Positions 45,901-56,648 of a stretch of 56,648 nt of DNA are shown here, one piece after another. Source of the stretch: Prorocentrum cordatum (Eukaryota); the NCBI GenBank assembly GCA_963575745.1, contig CAUYUJ010000079.1, positions 62,001 through 118,648 of the forward strand, in the 5' to 3' direction. Within the stretch, counting starts at the first letter, position 1. Each line of letters opens with the position of its first letter. The notes under the pieces are model-generated. The model made no database searches, was not told the origin of the DNA, and was given only the letters and a program-made list of their open reading frames with translations. A program made the position numbers and the translations under genes.

Positions 45901-47600
45901 CTGCGGCCAGCCCTTGGACATCGAGGACGGCTGGGATGGCGCTTCCAGGAAGGCCGACAGACGGCGAGGAGGCAACTGCTGGAGGAGGACCCCTATGTGA
46001 CTATCATCACCATGCCTTGCGGCCCGTGGGGCGAGTGGGGCCGCTGCAACCTCTCCAAGGGCGGAGCCGCGGCGGCTACAGTTCAGGAAGCTCGGGAGGC
46101 TATGAGGCCATTGCTCGCGCTCTCCGACCAGAAGATCGTTGCTGACCGGGTGAGACGCGGCATGTACGTCTTGATGGAGCAGCCCCTTGGTTCAAGCGCC
46201 TACTTCGAAACCGAGATGACCGAGGCGCAGGAGTTGATGAAGAAGGGCTTGCTCCTAGAGTGCACCCCACACGGGTGCCAGCTCGGCTATGCCGACGAGG
46301 AGACCAAGGAGCCGCACTACAAGCTGATGAGGTTCCTGACGACCAGCACGGCAATCGACGAGGCGCTGCAGAACGAGAAATGCTCAAGGGACCACTATCA
46401 CCTGCCGTTGGAGAATCAGAAGAAGACGCGGGCGGCAGCGAAGTGGCCCGACAAGCTGGACAGGCTGGTACTACACGCGGTCGAGCAGCAGATCGACCTC
46501 GACGTTGACGAGCACATCTCGCAGGGGCTCGGGATCCTGGAGAGCTACGCCGTCGAGGACCAACGCGAAGCGAAGAAGCGGAGGCTGCGTGGCAAGCAGC
46601 CCCTGAAGCGTCCTCCAGCTGAGGACGGGAGTCATGAGCCGCAGGGACGTGGACTTCCACCTGAGGACGGGCCGGCGAAGGATCCTAACGGAGTTCGAGC
46701 AGAGCAAGCCGCGGGCCTCGAACCCGTGTTTTCTGCTGAGGAGCGAGACCGTCGGGCGAGATGGCTCACCTATGACCCCGCGGTCAGGCGCGACATCAGG
46801 AACTTGCACGTCAACTTCGGCCACCCGACCAACGTGACGCTGTTGAGGTGCCTGAGGAGGTCTGGTGCTAAGAAGGAGTTCCTGGACTGCGTCTGGGATT
46901 TCAGGTGCGACGCCTGCGGCGCATGATCAGGACGAAGTACGTCCGCCCAGTTCGCATGCCGGGCCGCTATCAGTTCAATTTCCACGTGATGCTCGACACG
47001 CTGTTCGCCCACAATGCCGAGGGCAACACCCACGCCTTCCTCAATATTGTCTGCGACGGCACGAGGTTTCAAGTCGCTTGGTACCTCCACAAGGGCACAC
47101 ACGCCCTTTCGGCCAAGGGCGCGCTAGACACGTTTCTCACGGTGTGGGCGAGCTGGGCGGGGCTGCCCCAATCTATCTTCGTGAACCGTGGCAAGGAGCT
47201 CGCTAAAGAGTTCCTGGCCCACATGCACGAGAACGGAGTGGAGATCCAGAACGCGGCCCTGGAAGCACACGAGCAACTCGGCAGGATCGAGCGGCTGGGC
47301 GGCGTCTGGAAGGAGGCGTGGCATCGCGTGGTGCAGGATGCCCAGATCACAAAGGACAAGGACCTCAGGAACGTGTGCGGTGTCATCAGCCAGGTGCGCA
47401 ACGAGACAGTGATCTACGACGGCTACGCTCCTGCTGGCCGACGCCTTGACGAAGCTCCAGGCGGAGAGGAGCTGCCTTACGAACGCGATGATGGACGGCT
47501 ACGTGACGGTGCAGGTGTCTTCCGAGGTGGTCGCTGCCAAGAAGGCCATCCGGAGCGCGCGGCGCCGCCGCGCAAATGAGCGCAGGAACCAGTCCTGCGC
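42914..47600 (+). pseudogene. Element B gag-pol with stops and frameshifts: Gag, CCHC, protease, DNMT, integrase, RNase H tail
   Basis: IPLYDGDP, ESMQE*ITRR, CASCGQIGHWHGDPSC, VLDTAC..FRGVGG..PLLIS, LHVNFGHP..CDAC, VMLDT, GRIERLGGVWK, LADALTK. Confidence 0.85.
45835..46490 (+). pseudogene. C5 cytosine DNA methyltransferase-like domain in element B (frameshifted N-part)
   Basis: FCG (45848-45856), PLDIEDGWD, catalytic MPC (46012-46020), MEQP, CQLG, HYKLMRFLT, AAKWP. Confidence 0.7.
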
Positions 47601-47717
47601 TAGCGGTGCCTGCGACCAAAAAAAGGCCGTCTTGTCCATATGTGGCCCAGCCTGGGCCCTCTTTTCCGCTGCAATGAAGTTTTCCTCAGGTTTGTCTGGG
47701 CTGACAGCGAGGACGGG

Positions 47718-47870
47718 TGTTGAAATCGACGCTGTCATCCCCGTTTCATGCTGTGTTACATTGCTCTCTTCTCTCGTGCTCGACCGCAACCGTTTTGGTT
47801 TACAGAGCTCTTGAGTTTACAGGCGGACACCATTCCCCAATCCCCCGACGGCGGCGGCCGTCAGTTGACA
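47718..47870 (+). repeat. 3' LTR of element B
   Basis: TGTTGAAATC...GTTGACA, 153 bp. Confidence 0.92.
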
Positions 47871-48383
47871 GGAGGAGGAGGAGGAGGAGGAGGAGGAGGA
47901 GGAGGAGGAGGAGGAGGAGGAGAGAAGAAGGGAAAGGAGAGAGGAGTAGGGGCACCGAGGAGGAGGAGGAGAGGAGGAGGAGGAGGAGGAGGGAGGAGGA
48001 GGAGGAGGGAGGAGGAGGAGGAGGAGGAGGAGGAGGGAGGCAGGAGGAGGAGGAGGAGGAGGGAGGAGGAGGAGGAGGGAGGAGGAGGGAGGAGGAGGAG
48101 GAGGAGGAGGACGAGAAGTAAGAGGAGAAAAGGAGAGGGAGGAGGAGGATGAGGAGGAGGAGGAGGAGGAGGAGGAGGAGGAGGAGGAGGAGGAGGAGGA
48201 GGAGGAGGGAGGAGAGGAGGAGGAGGGAGAGGAGGAGGATGGAAGGAGGAGAGGAGGAGGAGGAGGGAAGGAGGAGGAGGAAGGAGGAGGAGGCAGGAGG
48301 AGGAGGAGGAGGAGGAGGAGGAGGAGGAGGAGGAGGAGGAGGGGGAGGAGGAGGAGGAGGAGGAGGAGGAGGAGGAGGAGGAG
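47871..48383. repeat. (GAG)n microsatellite separating elements B and D
   Basis: Seen directly. Confidence 0.95.
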
Positions 48384-48402
48384 ACCGTAGCCTTGGCTCA
48401 AG
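48384..48402 (+). other. Relic dinoflagellate spliced leader
   Basis: ACCGTAGCC---TTGGCTCAAG is DinoSL with a 3-nt deletion, placed exactly at the microsatellite/element border. Confidence 0.85.
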
Positions 48403-48529
48403 GCCGTTTCCTTCTTCAGGTGGTTTCGCCTCCATCTGGGAGGGGTCAGGGCTCAAGTTTTCTGCCCTCAGGAGGGCACCCTTTTTGAACAGATCACGGA
48501 TTCACACCAGATCAGTGCTCCAGTCAGAC

Positions 48530-50254
48530 ATGGTCCGCGACGGAGAAGCAGTCTGGTGGTGCCCTTGCGGTCGCTACAACAAGTTGCGCTACCAGTCGTG
48601 CCTGTGCGGAACCAGCGTCCGCAACCAGGTCGCCTCACCGGTTGGCAAGGGCAAGGGCAAGGGCGCACCTCGCGCCAGAACGCCTGGTCGGCGCGGGGAA
48701 GAGCGTCGCAACCGTCTTCACGACAACTCGATGCAGCAGAACTCGGCTCAGATCCAGCAGGTCCTAGCCAAGATTCTCCCAGCCACCAAGTCCGTCGCGG
48801 AAGAGCACGAGAGGTTCGTCTCCCCGCCCGAGGACACCAAGAAGTATCCAGTCTTCCGCGACTCGCTCAAGTTTCGCATGCAGGCTCTGGGCTTTGCTGT
48901 TTACGCCGCCCAGCAAGCAGACGCGGAGGACGAGACAGCGGTCGAAGAGATCGCAATGATCAAATACACGTTGTCGGCGCTCAACCCGCTGCCCCAGCAG
49001 ATACTGGAAGCAAAGACGAGGTTGCAGCGCGCAGTAGACAGGCGCAAGGGGCTCCAGACCAAGATCGCCGAGATGGAGGAGTCGCTTGCATGCCTGGACG
49101 ACGAGATCTATGCCATCGAGGACGGCATCCAGCAGCTCGAGCAGTCGCTGGAGGACGAGGAGATGATGGTCGAGGAGGACGACCAGCAGCCGCCACCTCC
49201 GCCTGGAGGTGGCAAAGCGGAGGCGCTGCCCAAAGCCGGGCCCTGGGGGGCTCCCCATCACGGGCCAGGCACAGGGCAGCAGCCCCAGCAGGCGCCAGGC
49301 TTTCCGCCGAAGCAGCCGCCGTCACAGGCGCCGCCACAGCAAGTGCCAGGCTTTCCGCCGCAGCCGCCGATGCATGTGGCAGGAGGTGTGCCGCCACCGC
49401 CTCCGATACCGCACCAGATGGCGCCGCCAGACTTCAACACCCAGCTGGCCCAGATGCTCTACAATCTCGTCTCCAACCAGAACAGGATGGACCAGGCCAT
49501 GGGTCAGATCGTTGGTGCCATAAACAACCTGGGCTTGGGTCAGCCAGCCGCTGGCGGGCCCCAGGGCGTGACTCAGGCACCGAGGGCTTTCCAGACAGCC
49601 GCGGGCCCAGTGCAGCAGCCTGCAACATCACCGTCGGAGGCGGAGGGTCACCCACCCGGACTGCCAGCAGCTGGCACCCACGGGTTCGGTCAGCCGCCGA
49701 CCTTTGCCTTCGGTCAGCCAGCCATGAATTGGAGCGACCCGAGGCACCCGAATCACAACCAGTACCTCTTGGAGAAGGCCGCCCAGGAAGCGGTCGACAA
49801 GGTGCCGAAGTCTACGCCCGTAGAGAAGGACGAGCCCAAGACGCCGACGCCAGTCGGAGGTACAGCTACACCGATCTCGACGACGCCGCCAGCCAACTCC
49901 CTGGAGCAGCAGTTTCACGCCGCGATGGCATCGGGCGAGACCATTCACGTCCCATCGTCAGCAGAAGAGGCCGCGGCAGCTGTTTTGGGCGAGCCATTGG
50001 TCTCGCAGTATCCGTCACCTACTCAGGCATGGGGGCCAGCTTCTGCCCTGGCGGAGGCCACACCCTACGCGGAGATGCTGGCGCCCACGCAGTGCATGGC
50101 CACCCAGGGCGAGGCGATCCCAGGTCCAGCGACCTCGTGCACCTCGCCTCTCACGGCATCGACTGCGGCCTCGGACGGCCCGTCACCGGGCGCGGCCAGC
50201 CGAATGGACAAGAGCCGCTCACCGCCGCACAAGCTTCAGAAGACCGAGGACTAG
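48530..50254 (+). CDS. Element D ORF1, 574 aa (N-terminal Zn finger, coiled coil, P/Q-rich tail)
   Basis: WWCPCGRYN..QSCLCG (RanBP2-like), heptads LQTKIAEMEESLACLDDEIYAIEDGIQQLEQSL, intact frame. Confidence 0.75.
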   Translation: MVRDGEAVWWCPCGRYNKLRYQSCLCGTSVRNQVASPVGKGKGKGAPRARTPGRRGEERRNRLHDNSMQQNSAQIQQVLAKILPATKSVAEEHERFVSPPEDTKKYPVFRDSLKFRMQALGFAVYAAQQADAEDETAVEEIAMIKYTLSALNPLPQQILEAKTRLQRAVDRRKGLQTKIAEMEESLACLDDEIYAIEDGIQQLEQSLEDEEMMVEEDDQQPPPPPGGGKAEALPKAGPWGAPHHGPGTGQQPQQAPGFPPKQPPSQAPPQQVPGFPPQPPMHVAGGVPPPPPIPHQMAPPDFNTQLAQMLYNLVSNQNRMDQAMGQIVGAINNLGLGQPAAGGPQGVTQAPRAFQTAAGPVQQPATSPSEAEGHPPGLPAAGTHGFGQPPTFAFGQPAMNWSDPRHPNHNQYLLEKAAQEAVDKVPKSTPVEKDEPKTPTPVGGTATPISTTPPANSLEQQFHAAMASGETIHVPSSAEEAAAAVLGEPLVSQYPSPTQAWGPASALAEATPYAEMLAPTQCMATQGEAIPGPATSCTSPLTASTAASDGPSPGAASRMDKSRSPPHKLQKTED

Positions 50255-53200
50255 ACTCGGAACAGGGTGAATTGCATCTACCACGTCAGCGACGACGACT
50301 TCACTGGGGATCCGTTCTGACCAGGCCTTTTGTTTCAGGTTCGAGGGTATTCGTTTCAGCCCTCAACTCTCAGCAGCAGCCTAGCAGGTCGATTTTAATT
50401 AAAAGTCCGTCGCAGCAGCATCAGTCTTTTAAGCATCCTTCCTCCCCCCCCACTGTCAGAGACCATGGTCCGGTCGACGCGTCCTTGTTGTGTAAACACG
50501 AGCTCGCTCCCGTGCTTCAGTTGCTGTCAGCTGGCCTCTTGCGTTTAAGTGACGCTCTCACGTTCGCTGCCTCGCACTTGGTTTCGGTAAGTTCGAGGCA
50601 TACAGTTTCACGTGTCGCTAGGCCTAGTGGCCAAGATCTGTCACCACCACCCTGTGGCACTCTCCCTCCTGGAACCCCCTCTCCTGGGCGTGTCAGGCTT
50701 TCTCTGGAGCGCACTTTGTTCAATCCTGGGGACAAATCGGTGAAGTGCGACTTGGGAGACGGTGACAGACTCCTACGTGCTGTTCGTGATAGCGATCCTC
50801 TGTTGCTGGACGCCACGATGACCAGCGACCAATACCACCCAGCTGCCATCATGGCACTGGAAGTTTCCGACAGGGCAAGTGACATCGGAGACAGCATCAG
50901 CATATACACGGATGGGTCCCTTAGGAAGAAGGACGACTACACATCTTGGGCTTTCGTGGTTACCAGCATCCAGGGGGACACGCTTAACTACTACGGGCAC
51001 CTCAAGGGGATGACGGGCCTTTCTGTTCCTGGGGAATCACTACCTACTCTTGAATCCAGCACCTTCTGCGAGCTCCTGGGGATCGTTTGGGCTCTGGTCT
51101 GGGTCTATCAAGGGCTGTCCCTGGGCACCATAGGGACCAATACCATCATCAAGATTTACTCGGACAGCACCAGCGCGCTGGGACTTGCGCAGGGCTTGTT
51201 TGTTCCTTCGGCTTTCAGAGATACCGCTGCGGTTTCTCAGCATCTTTTCGCCACCGTCCAGGCTGCAGTTTGCTTGGCAGTTTACCATGTCTCTGCGCAC
51301 TCGGGCAACCCCTGGAACGAGCTCGCGGACGGGATCGCGAGCGATCAGGATGTTGGCCCCAGTCCCCTCCCTAGCTCGATCGTTCAAGATCTCTACCATA
51401 CCGTTGATCTGGATTGGGCCTGGATCACTCACCTGGACGAGGATCGTCGCTCGGCCTACCCCCTCGATGGTTCGGGTCGTTTGTCTCTCCCCCTCGTCCC
51501 CCATGGGTGTCGTGAGGACTGGATCGGATCGAGCACTCCTGAGGCCCCCAAGGTCAAAAGATCGATCAGATATGATTTCTCTGTTGTCAGTTTCAACGCC
51601 CTTACTGCTAAGGAAGACGCTGATTCCCTCGCTCGTGAAGACGAGGCGGACTTAGGTTCAGCCGCAGGACACTCGGCGGTCCTGATGCGGCAGCAGTTTG
51701 CTCACATGAACGTCCTCCTTGCTGGCATCCAGGAGGGCCGCAACAAAGAGGGATACAGGCTGGCCAACAATTACCTTATGTTTCGTGGCCCCTCACACAA
51801 TGGAAACCTTGGGTGTGAAATCTGGGTTAACGGGGCCCTCCCTTACGCTCGTGCTTGCGATCGGGAGTTCTTCCTGGAAAAGAAACACTGTTTGGCGGTC
51901 CACGCTTCTGCTAGATGCCTCATTTTGAAAATCAACGCCCCTCTGTTCAGGATTGTGGTGGCCTCTTGTCATGCCCCCCACAATGAGGAGCCGTTTACGT
52001 CCCGTCAGGCCTGGTGGAACCACCTGAGCGAGTTATTTTTGCGCTTCAAGGTGGACTGCTGTTTCATTGATGCCAACTCCAGAGTTGGAGTCAACTCGAC
52101 TACTTCGAGGTGTGGAGATCAGGGTTTTCCGCAGGCGCCTGACAGCTCCGGAGGCTCTTTTTGAAGTTTCTTGAGGAGGTCAACCTTAACGCGGTCAATA
52201 CGCTCTTACCTAACCTGGACGGCCCCGAGAAGGCCTATACCTGGACTGCTAACAATGGGAACCAGCACAGGCTTGACTATATTCTGATGTCTGACTATTT
52301 TTACAAAAACATGGTTTCGGTTAACACGTGTTTGGATTTCGACATTCAGAGGGACAAGCCTGATCATTACCCGGTTGTTGGGGTCTTTCGGGCTCTCCAT
52401 AACAAGGATATTGCGCCTCCCAGGGATACCATCAAGAGGGAGCTCACTAAGGACCCCCACCGCCGAGAGGCTTTCGCCATATTGCTGCGGAGTGCCCCCA
52501 CTGTTCATTGGAATACGAATATTAACGAGCATTATCGAGTTTTGGTTTCGCACATCATGTCGTCTGCTAACATTGCCTTTGGTACCCCAGCTTCAGTTCC
52601 CAATAAGCCGTACATCGACGAAGCTTTGCTTGCAGTAATTCATTTCCGGAGGCGTGTCAGGCAGATTATTCGCTCGAGCAGGAGAAAGGATTTCAAGGCC
52701 TTCATTTGGCACTGTGCATTATGCTCGGCGGGCATGCTCGACCTATCAGCACTGCCCGACAGGATTGCTTACCTCGCCATTGAGTTCGTCACCATGTCAG
52801 CTAACTACGGGTGGGGATATACTAGTTTGGAAAACATCATCAGAGCCATGGGCATGTTCCTCCAGAGGTCCCAGAAGATCCTTCGAAAACACATCAAACA
52901 AGCTAGGGACGACAAAATCAACAACCTCGGCAAGGAGCTTAGTGAGCAAGAGTTGGCTGGTCAGGCCTCATTGGAATGGAGCACGCTTCACACTCTGCAG
53001 AGGTTCGGTGGCAAAGCAAGTAGGTTCTGCTCGGACGGCCTACCGATGCGCATCGACGATCAAGGCAAGGTTTTGGACAGCGATAAGGCTATCGCTGACG
53101 AGACACTCCGCATTTTCGGGGCCAACGAGCATGCCAAGATACAGAAGCTAACTGCCCTTTGCTTGGACTATAACGCTCAAGTTAGTACGGACACCCCGGA

Positions 53201-56200
53201 GGAAATCAAGCTTGAAAATCTCTCTAGTCTCAGGACCCTCATGATTTCCCTCACCAGGTCGAAGAAAGGTAAAGCTGGGGGCCTCGACGGGGTCATTCAC
53301 GAGCTTTACCAAGCGGCTGTACCGGAGACGGCTGCCATGCTTTTACCCTTGTTCCTCAAGATGCAGATGCTTTGTCAAGAACCGTTATGGGCCAAAGGAG
53401 GCCTGGCTGCGAGCATTTATAAAAAAGGTCCCTGGGTCGATCTGCACAACGATCGGCAGATTTTACTCGGGTCCACGGTCCTTAAACACCATCATGCTTT
53501 CGTTCGCCGTGCCTTTGTTCAGATAGCCACACAGCTGATTGGCGAGTGCCAGATGGGAGGTCTACCGCATCGAGGCACGGACCTCGCCTACCTCAGCTTG
53601 AGCCTGTTTCAGACCATCTGCGAGCAGATGGGCCTTTCCTCCATCATCCTCTTCTCTGACCTCACCCAGGCTTTCTACTCTGTCATCCTCCAGTTTGTCT
53701 CCTCCCTCAAGGGACAGACTCAGGACTTGGAGGCCATCTTGGACGATTTGAAGGTCCCTGAATGTTTGACCCCCTTCTTAGAGGCCGTGGTGGCTTCCCC
53801 CAAAATCCTGGACGATTTTGTGGACACTCACGTTCACAACATGGTCGCCGAAACCTTCAGGACTCCTTGGTTCGAAGTCAAGGGCTCTTCGGCCCTGGCT
53901 CAAAGCAATTCTGGTACCCGCCCTGGGATGCCCCTGGCCGATTTTATATTCAACATCAGTTTCAAACCCGTTCAGGACGACATACACACTCGGTTAGGTG
54001 CTGCTGGCCTGCGGTTGCAGTTGGACGAGCTTCCAGATGCCAAGCGTGTTTTTCGAGCTGCAGACGGCAGTCAAGACGCTACAGCTGCGCAAGGATCGAC
54101 CTTTGTGGACGATCTCATTACTCTTGCAGTGATTTACGACAATCGACTTTGGCGACCAGCTGTTGAAAAAACAGTCGAGATTGTGCATTCAGCAGTGCGA
54201 GCTCGTGGTTTTGTTCCCAACTACGGCCCTGGCAAAACGGAGATCATGGTCGCGTTTCGGGGCCCCCAGGCCAACAAGTGTCGTGCTGAGCTTTGCCACG
54301 GTCCTGCTCCCAGGCTCCAGATAGACAAGTACGACCTCTCAGTGCCAGCTGCAGTTTCATACAAGTATTTGGGCACCATGGTCGATAGGTACGCTAGCAT
54401 GGGCCCCGAGGTCTCCTACAGGATTAATCAACAAAATGGCGCCCTCAGCACTCTCAAGAAGCACGTGTTCAGGAACCCCAATATCGAGCCTAATACTAAA
54501 GTCAAGTACGCTAAGGCCCTATGTTCCTCGAGGCTCCTCTACAACAGCGAGATATGGTGTGGTCTTACGGTTGCTCAAAGGGATCGCCTTGACAACGCCC
54601 ACTCCCTCCCCTTCCGCTATGCCACAGGGTGTTTTAATGCTAATCCCTTGTTGGACAAAGAGCCAGCGGCCAAAGCACTGAAGTTGGCCAATTCTGTTCC
54701 CGCGTCTATGCTCATTCGCCTAAGGAGAATTCGGTTGGTCTCGAAGCTAGCTCGTTTCGCCCCCAACATCCTGCGGCATATGTTGGATCTGGCCCTGCAC
54801 TTCTGTGCTGGGTGGGCGGGCGAGCTCATAGGTGACTTTGGATGGTGGAGTGACTTCCTGGACCTCCCTGGCCACCACAGGCCGATCGGTGATTTTTCCT
54901 GGTGGATTTTTTGTTCCCTGGATGGGCCCCAGTGGAAATGCTGGTGTAAAAACGTTTTAAGCGCAGTTACCCGTACCTTTGCTGATCAGGCGGACCTGCA
55001 ATGCTGGCACAGCCAGATCCGCCACCTATGCATTGATGATAATATCCCCCCCCCTCCCTCGGTGAGCCTTCCTCCTCCCACCCTTTTATATCCGTGTGAT
55101 AATTGCGACTTTGTCGCTAGGACGCTCGCCACTTGGAAGGGCCACTGTACCAAGGCCCATCCCTCTCTCGACCCAGCCCAGGCCGTTGCACGTGGAACAG
55201 TATGCCAGAGTTGTTGTCGTGAGTTCTGGACCCATCCTCGTCTCTTGAAGCATGTGAGGAGATCCGCTCGTTGCCTTTCTTCCCTTGTCGCGGTTATGAC
55301 GCCGCTTAGCGATGAAGATATCTGCGCTGACAAGGTTGAAGATGCGTTTCTCACCAAAGCCCTAAGGCAAAAAGGTAGATATGCAGAATTCTCAGAGTCT
55401 CCCCCCGTGGCTATCATAGGTCCGCGGCTTTTGGGTTGCCCTTGCTCGCCTGTTTGTGCCTTGTCGCGCCAGCCGGTTGAGGCTCCTGAAACCGAAGTTG
55501 TTCCCGCCCAGATTGATAGACCCTTAGCCACGGGGGTGTATTATATTTTTAGTCTTTTTTCCGGTCAGAGGCGCCCCAAAGACACGCAAGATTACCTAGA
55601 AGGCTTTCTCAGGGATAGCCCCAGGCCGGTTCTGTTTTTATCCATGATATTGTAAACGATGCCAGAGTCGGTGACCTCACCCGCCCTGTGTCTCTCGCTA
55701 TCCTGCTCAACTTCATACGTTCTGATCTTGTGCTCGCTATGTTGTCAGGACCTCCATGTGAAACATGGAGTTGTGCCCGTGCTCAGCCCCCGCCTGAAGG
55801 TCAGGACCGCCCCCGCGTCCTCCGCTCCTCCTCCTCCCTCTGGGGGCTCGGGCACATTTCCCCCAAGGAATGGAAGCAGGTCGCCCTAGGTAACGCCCTC
55901 CTCAGGGCGACCCTGCTGCTGGGCATGGCCGCGGCGGCGCACGGCGCCGCTTTCATCATGGAGCATCCTGATAGGCCGGGCCCCTCCCATCTCCCGAGCT
56001 GCTGGTCCCTCCCCGAGGTTCGGCATTTTACGGGGTTGATTGGAAAGGCCGCTTGTTCGTATGTGGAATTCATTTCGATTGATCAGTGCGAGTTTAATGC
56101 CAGAGGACAGAAGCCGACTTGCCTGCTCACAGTGAATGCTCCGAGAGTTCGTGAATGGCTAGATTTGCTGCCCAACAGGGGTCGCTGCAGTCACGGGTTT

Positions 56201-56452
56201 AATCACCCCCCCCTCCTTGGTCTTTCCTCCCGTGGAGGCTTCAGGACAGCCGCGGCCAAGCAGTATCCACCGAGGCTCTGTCGCCTCCTCGCTGCTGCAG
56301 TTCACGAACAGTGCTCGGCCCTTTCCCCCCCGACCGAACCTAGGGACATATGGGATGCTGTTCACCCTGAGTTAGCGGCGTTTTATACCCCCCTCGATCC
56401 CTACTATCTGGGGCATGGTTGGGATTGGTTTGGGGCGGATTTTGCCGCTTAA
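50255..56452 (+). CDS. Element D ORF2: RNase H, APE endonuclease, RT, C2H2 Zn fingers, C5-DNMT. Two 1-nt frameshifts (~52160, ~55645); start codon uncertain
   Basis: RNH IYTDGS/ELLG/YSDS/HSGNPWNELAD (50900-51330). APE SFNALT/GIQEGR/HAPH/IDANSRVG/RLDYI/DHYPV. RT KAGGLDG/SDLTQAFYSV/GTRPGMPLAD/FVDD/YKYLG. ZnF CDNC..H..H and CQSC..H..C. DNMT LFSG/S.DI..GDL/GPPCETWS/MEHP/KPT/QYPPRLC. Confidence 0.9.
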
Positions 56453-56541
56453 CCCCCCTCTCCTCCCTCGCCTCCCTCCCCTGCATGTTCCTTGCTGCTG
56501 TTGCTGTTGACACCTCGACCTCATGGTTCTCAGGGGAGTGC

Positions 56542-56648
<107 letters not shown>

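Larger units (their letters stand above)
42472..47870 (+). mobile_element. Internally deleted Ty1/copia LTR retrotransposon (element B) carrying a DNMT-like domain
   Basis: ~150-bp LTR pair, PBS, gag, zinc knuckle, protease, DNMT and integrase, then a direct jump to the RNase H C-terminus (LADALTK). RT is absent. Confidence 0.9.

Overview
Eukaryotic, GC-rich, repeat-saturated DNA, almost certainly dinoflagellate: it has a perfect 22-nt DinoSL spliced-leader copy at 38987-39008 and a GC-AG intron. No complete host gene is visible. Five large mobile-element-related units make up the window. (1) The 3' part of a Helitron-type/PIF1-family helicase gene (1-3641), split by a 152-bp introner-like GC-AG intron. 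(2) A full-length Ty1/copia LTR retrotransposon on the minus strand (7134-16650) with 102-bp LTRs. Besides Gag, PR, INT, RT and RH it carries a RapZ-C/CX5R-like domain and possibly a dead DNMT remnant. (3) A decayed minus-strand LINE (~33500-39008) whose 5' end is a perfect spliced leader. (4) An internally deleted copia element (42472-47870) with a C5-cytosine methyltransferase domain between protease and integrase. (5) A near-intact LINE (48384-56648) that begins with a spliced-leader relic, encodes ORF1 plus RNaseH-APE-RT-ZnF-DNMT, and ends in a (GTA)n tail. The rest is (GAG)/(CTC)/(GAT)/(TATG) microsatellite, a ~47-53-bp minisatellite and several palindromic MITE-like families. All domain calls come from reading motifs by eye, not from database searches.
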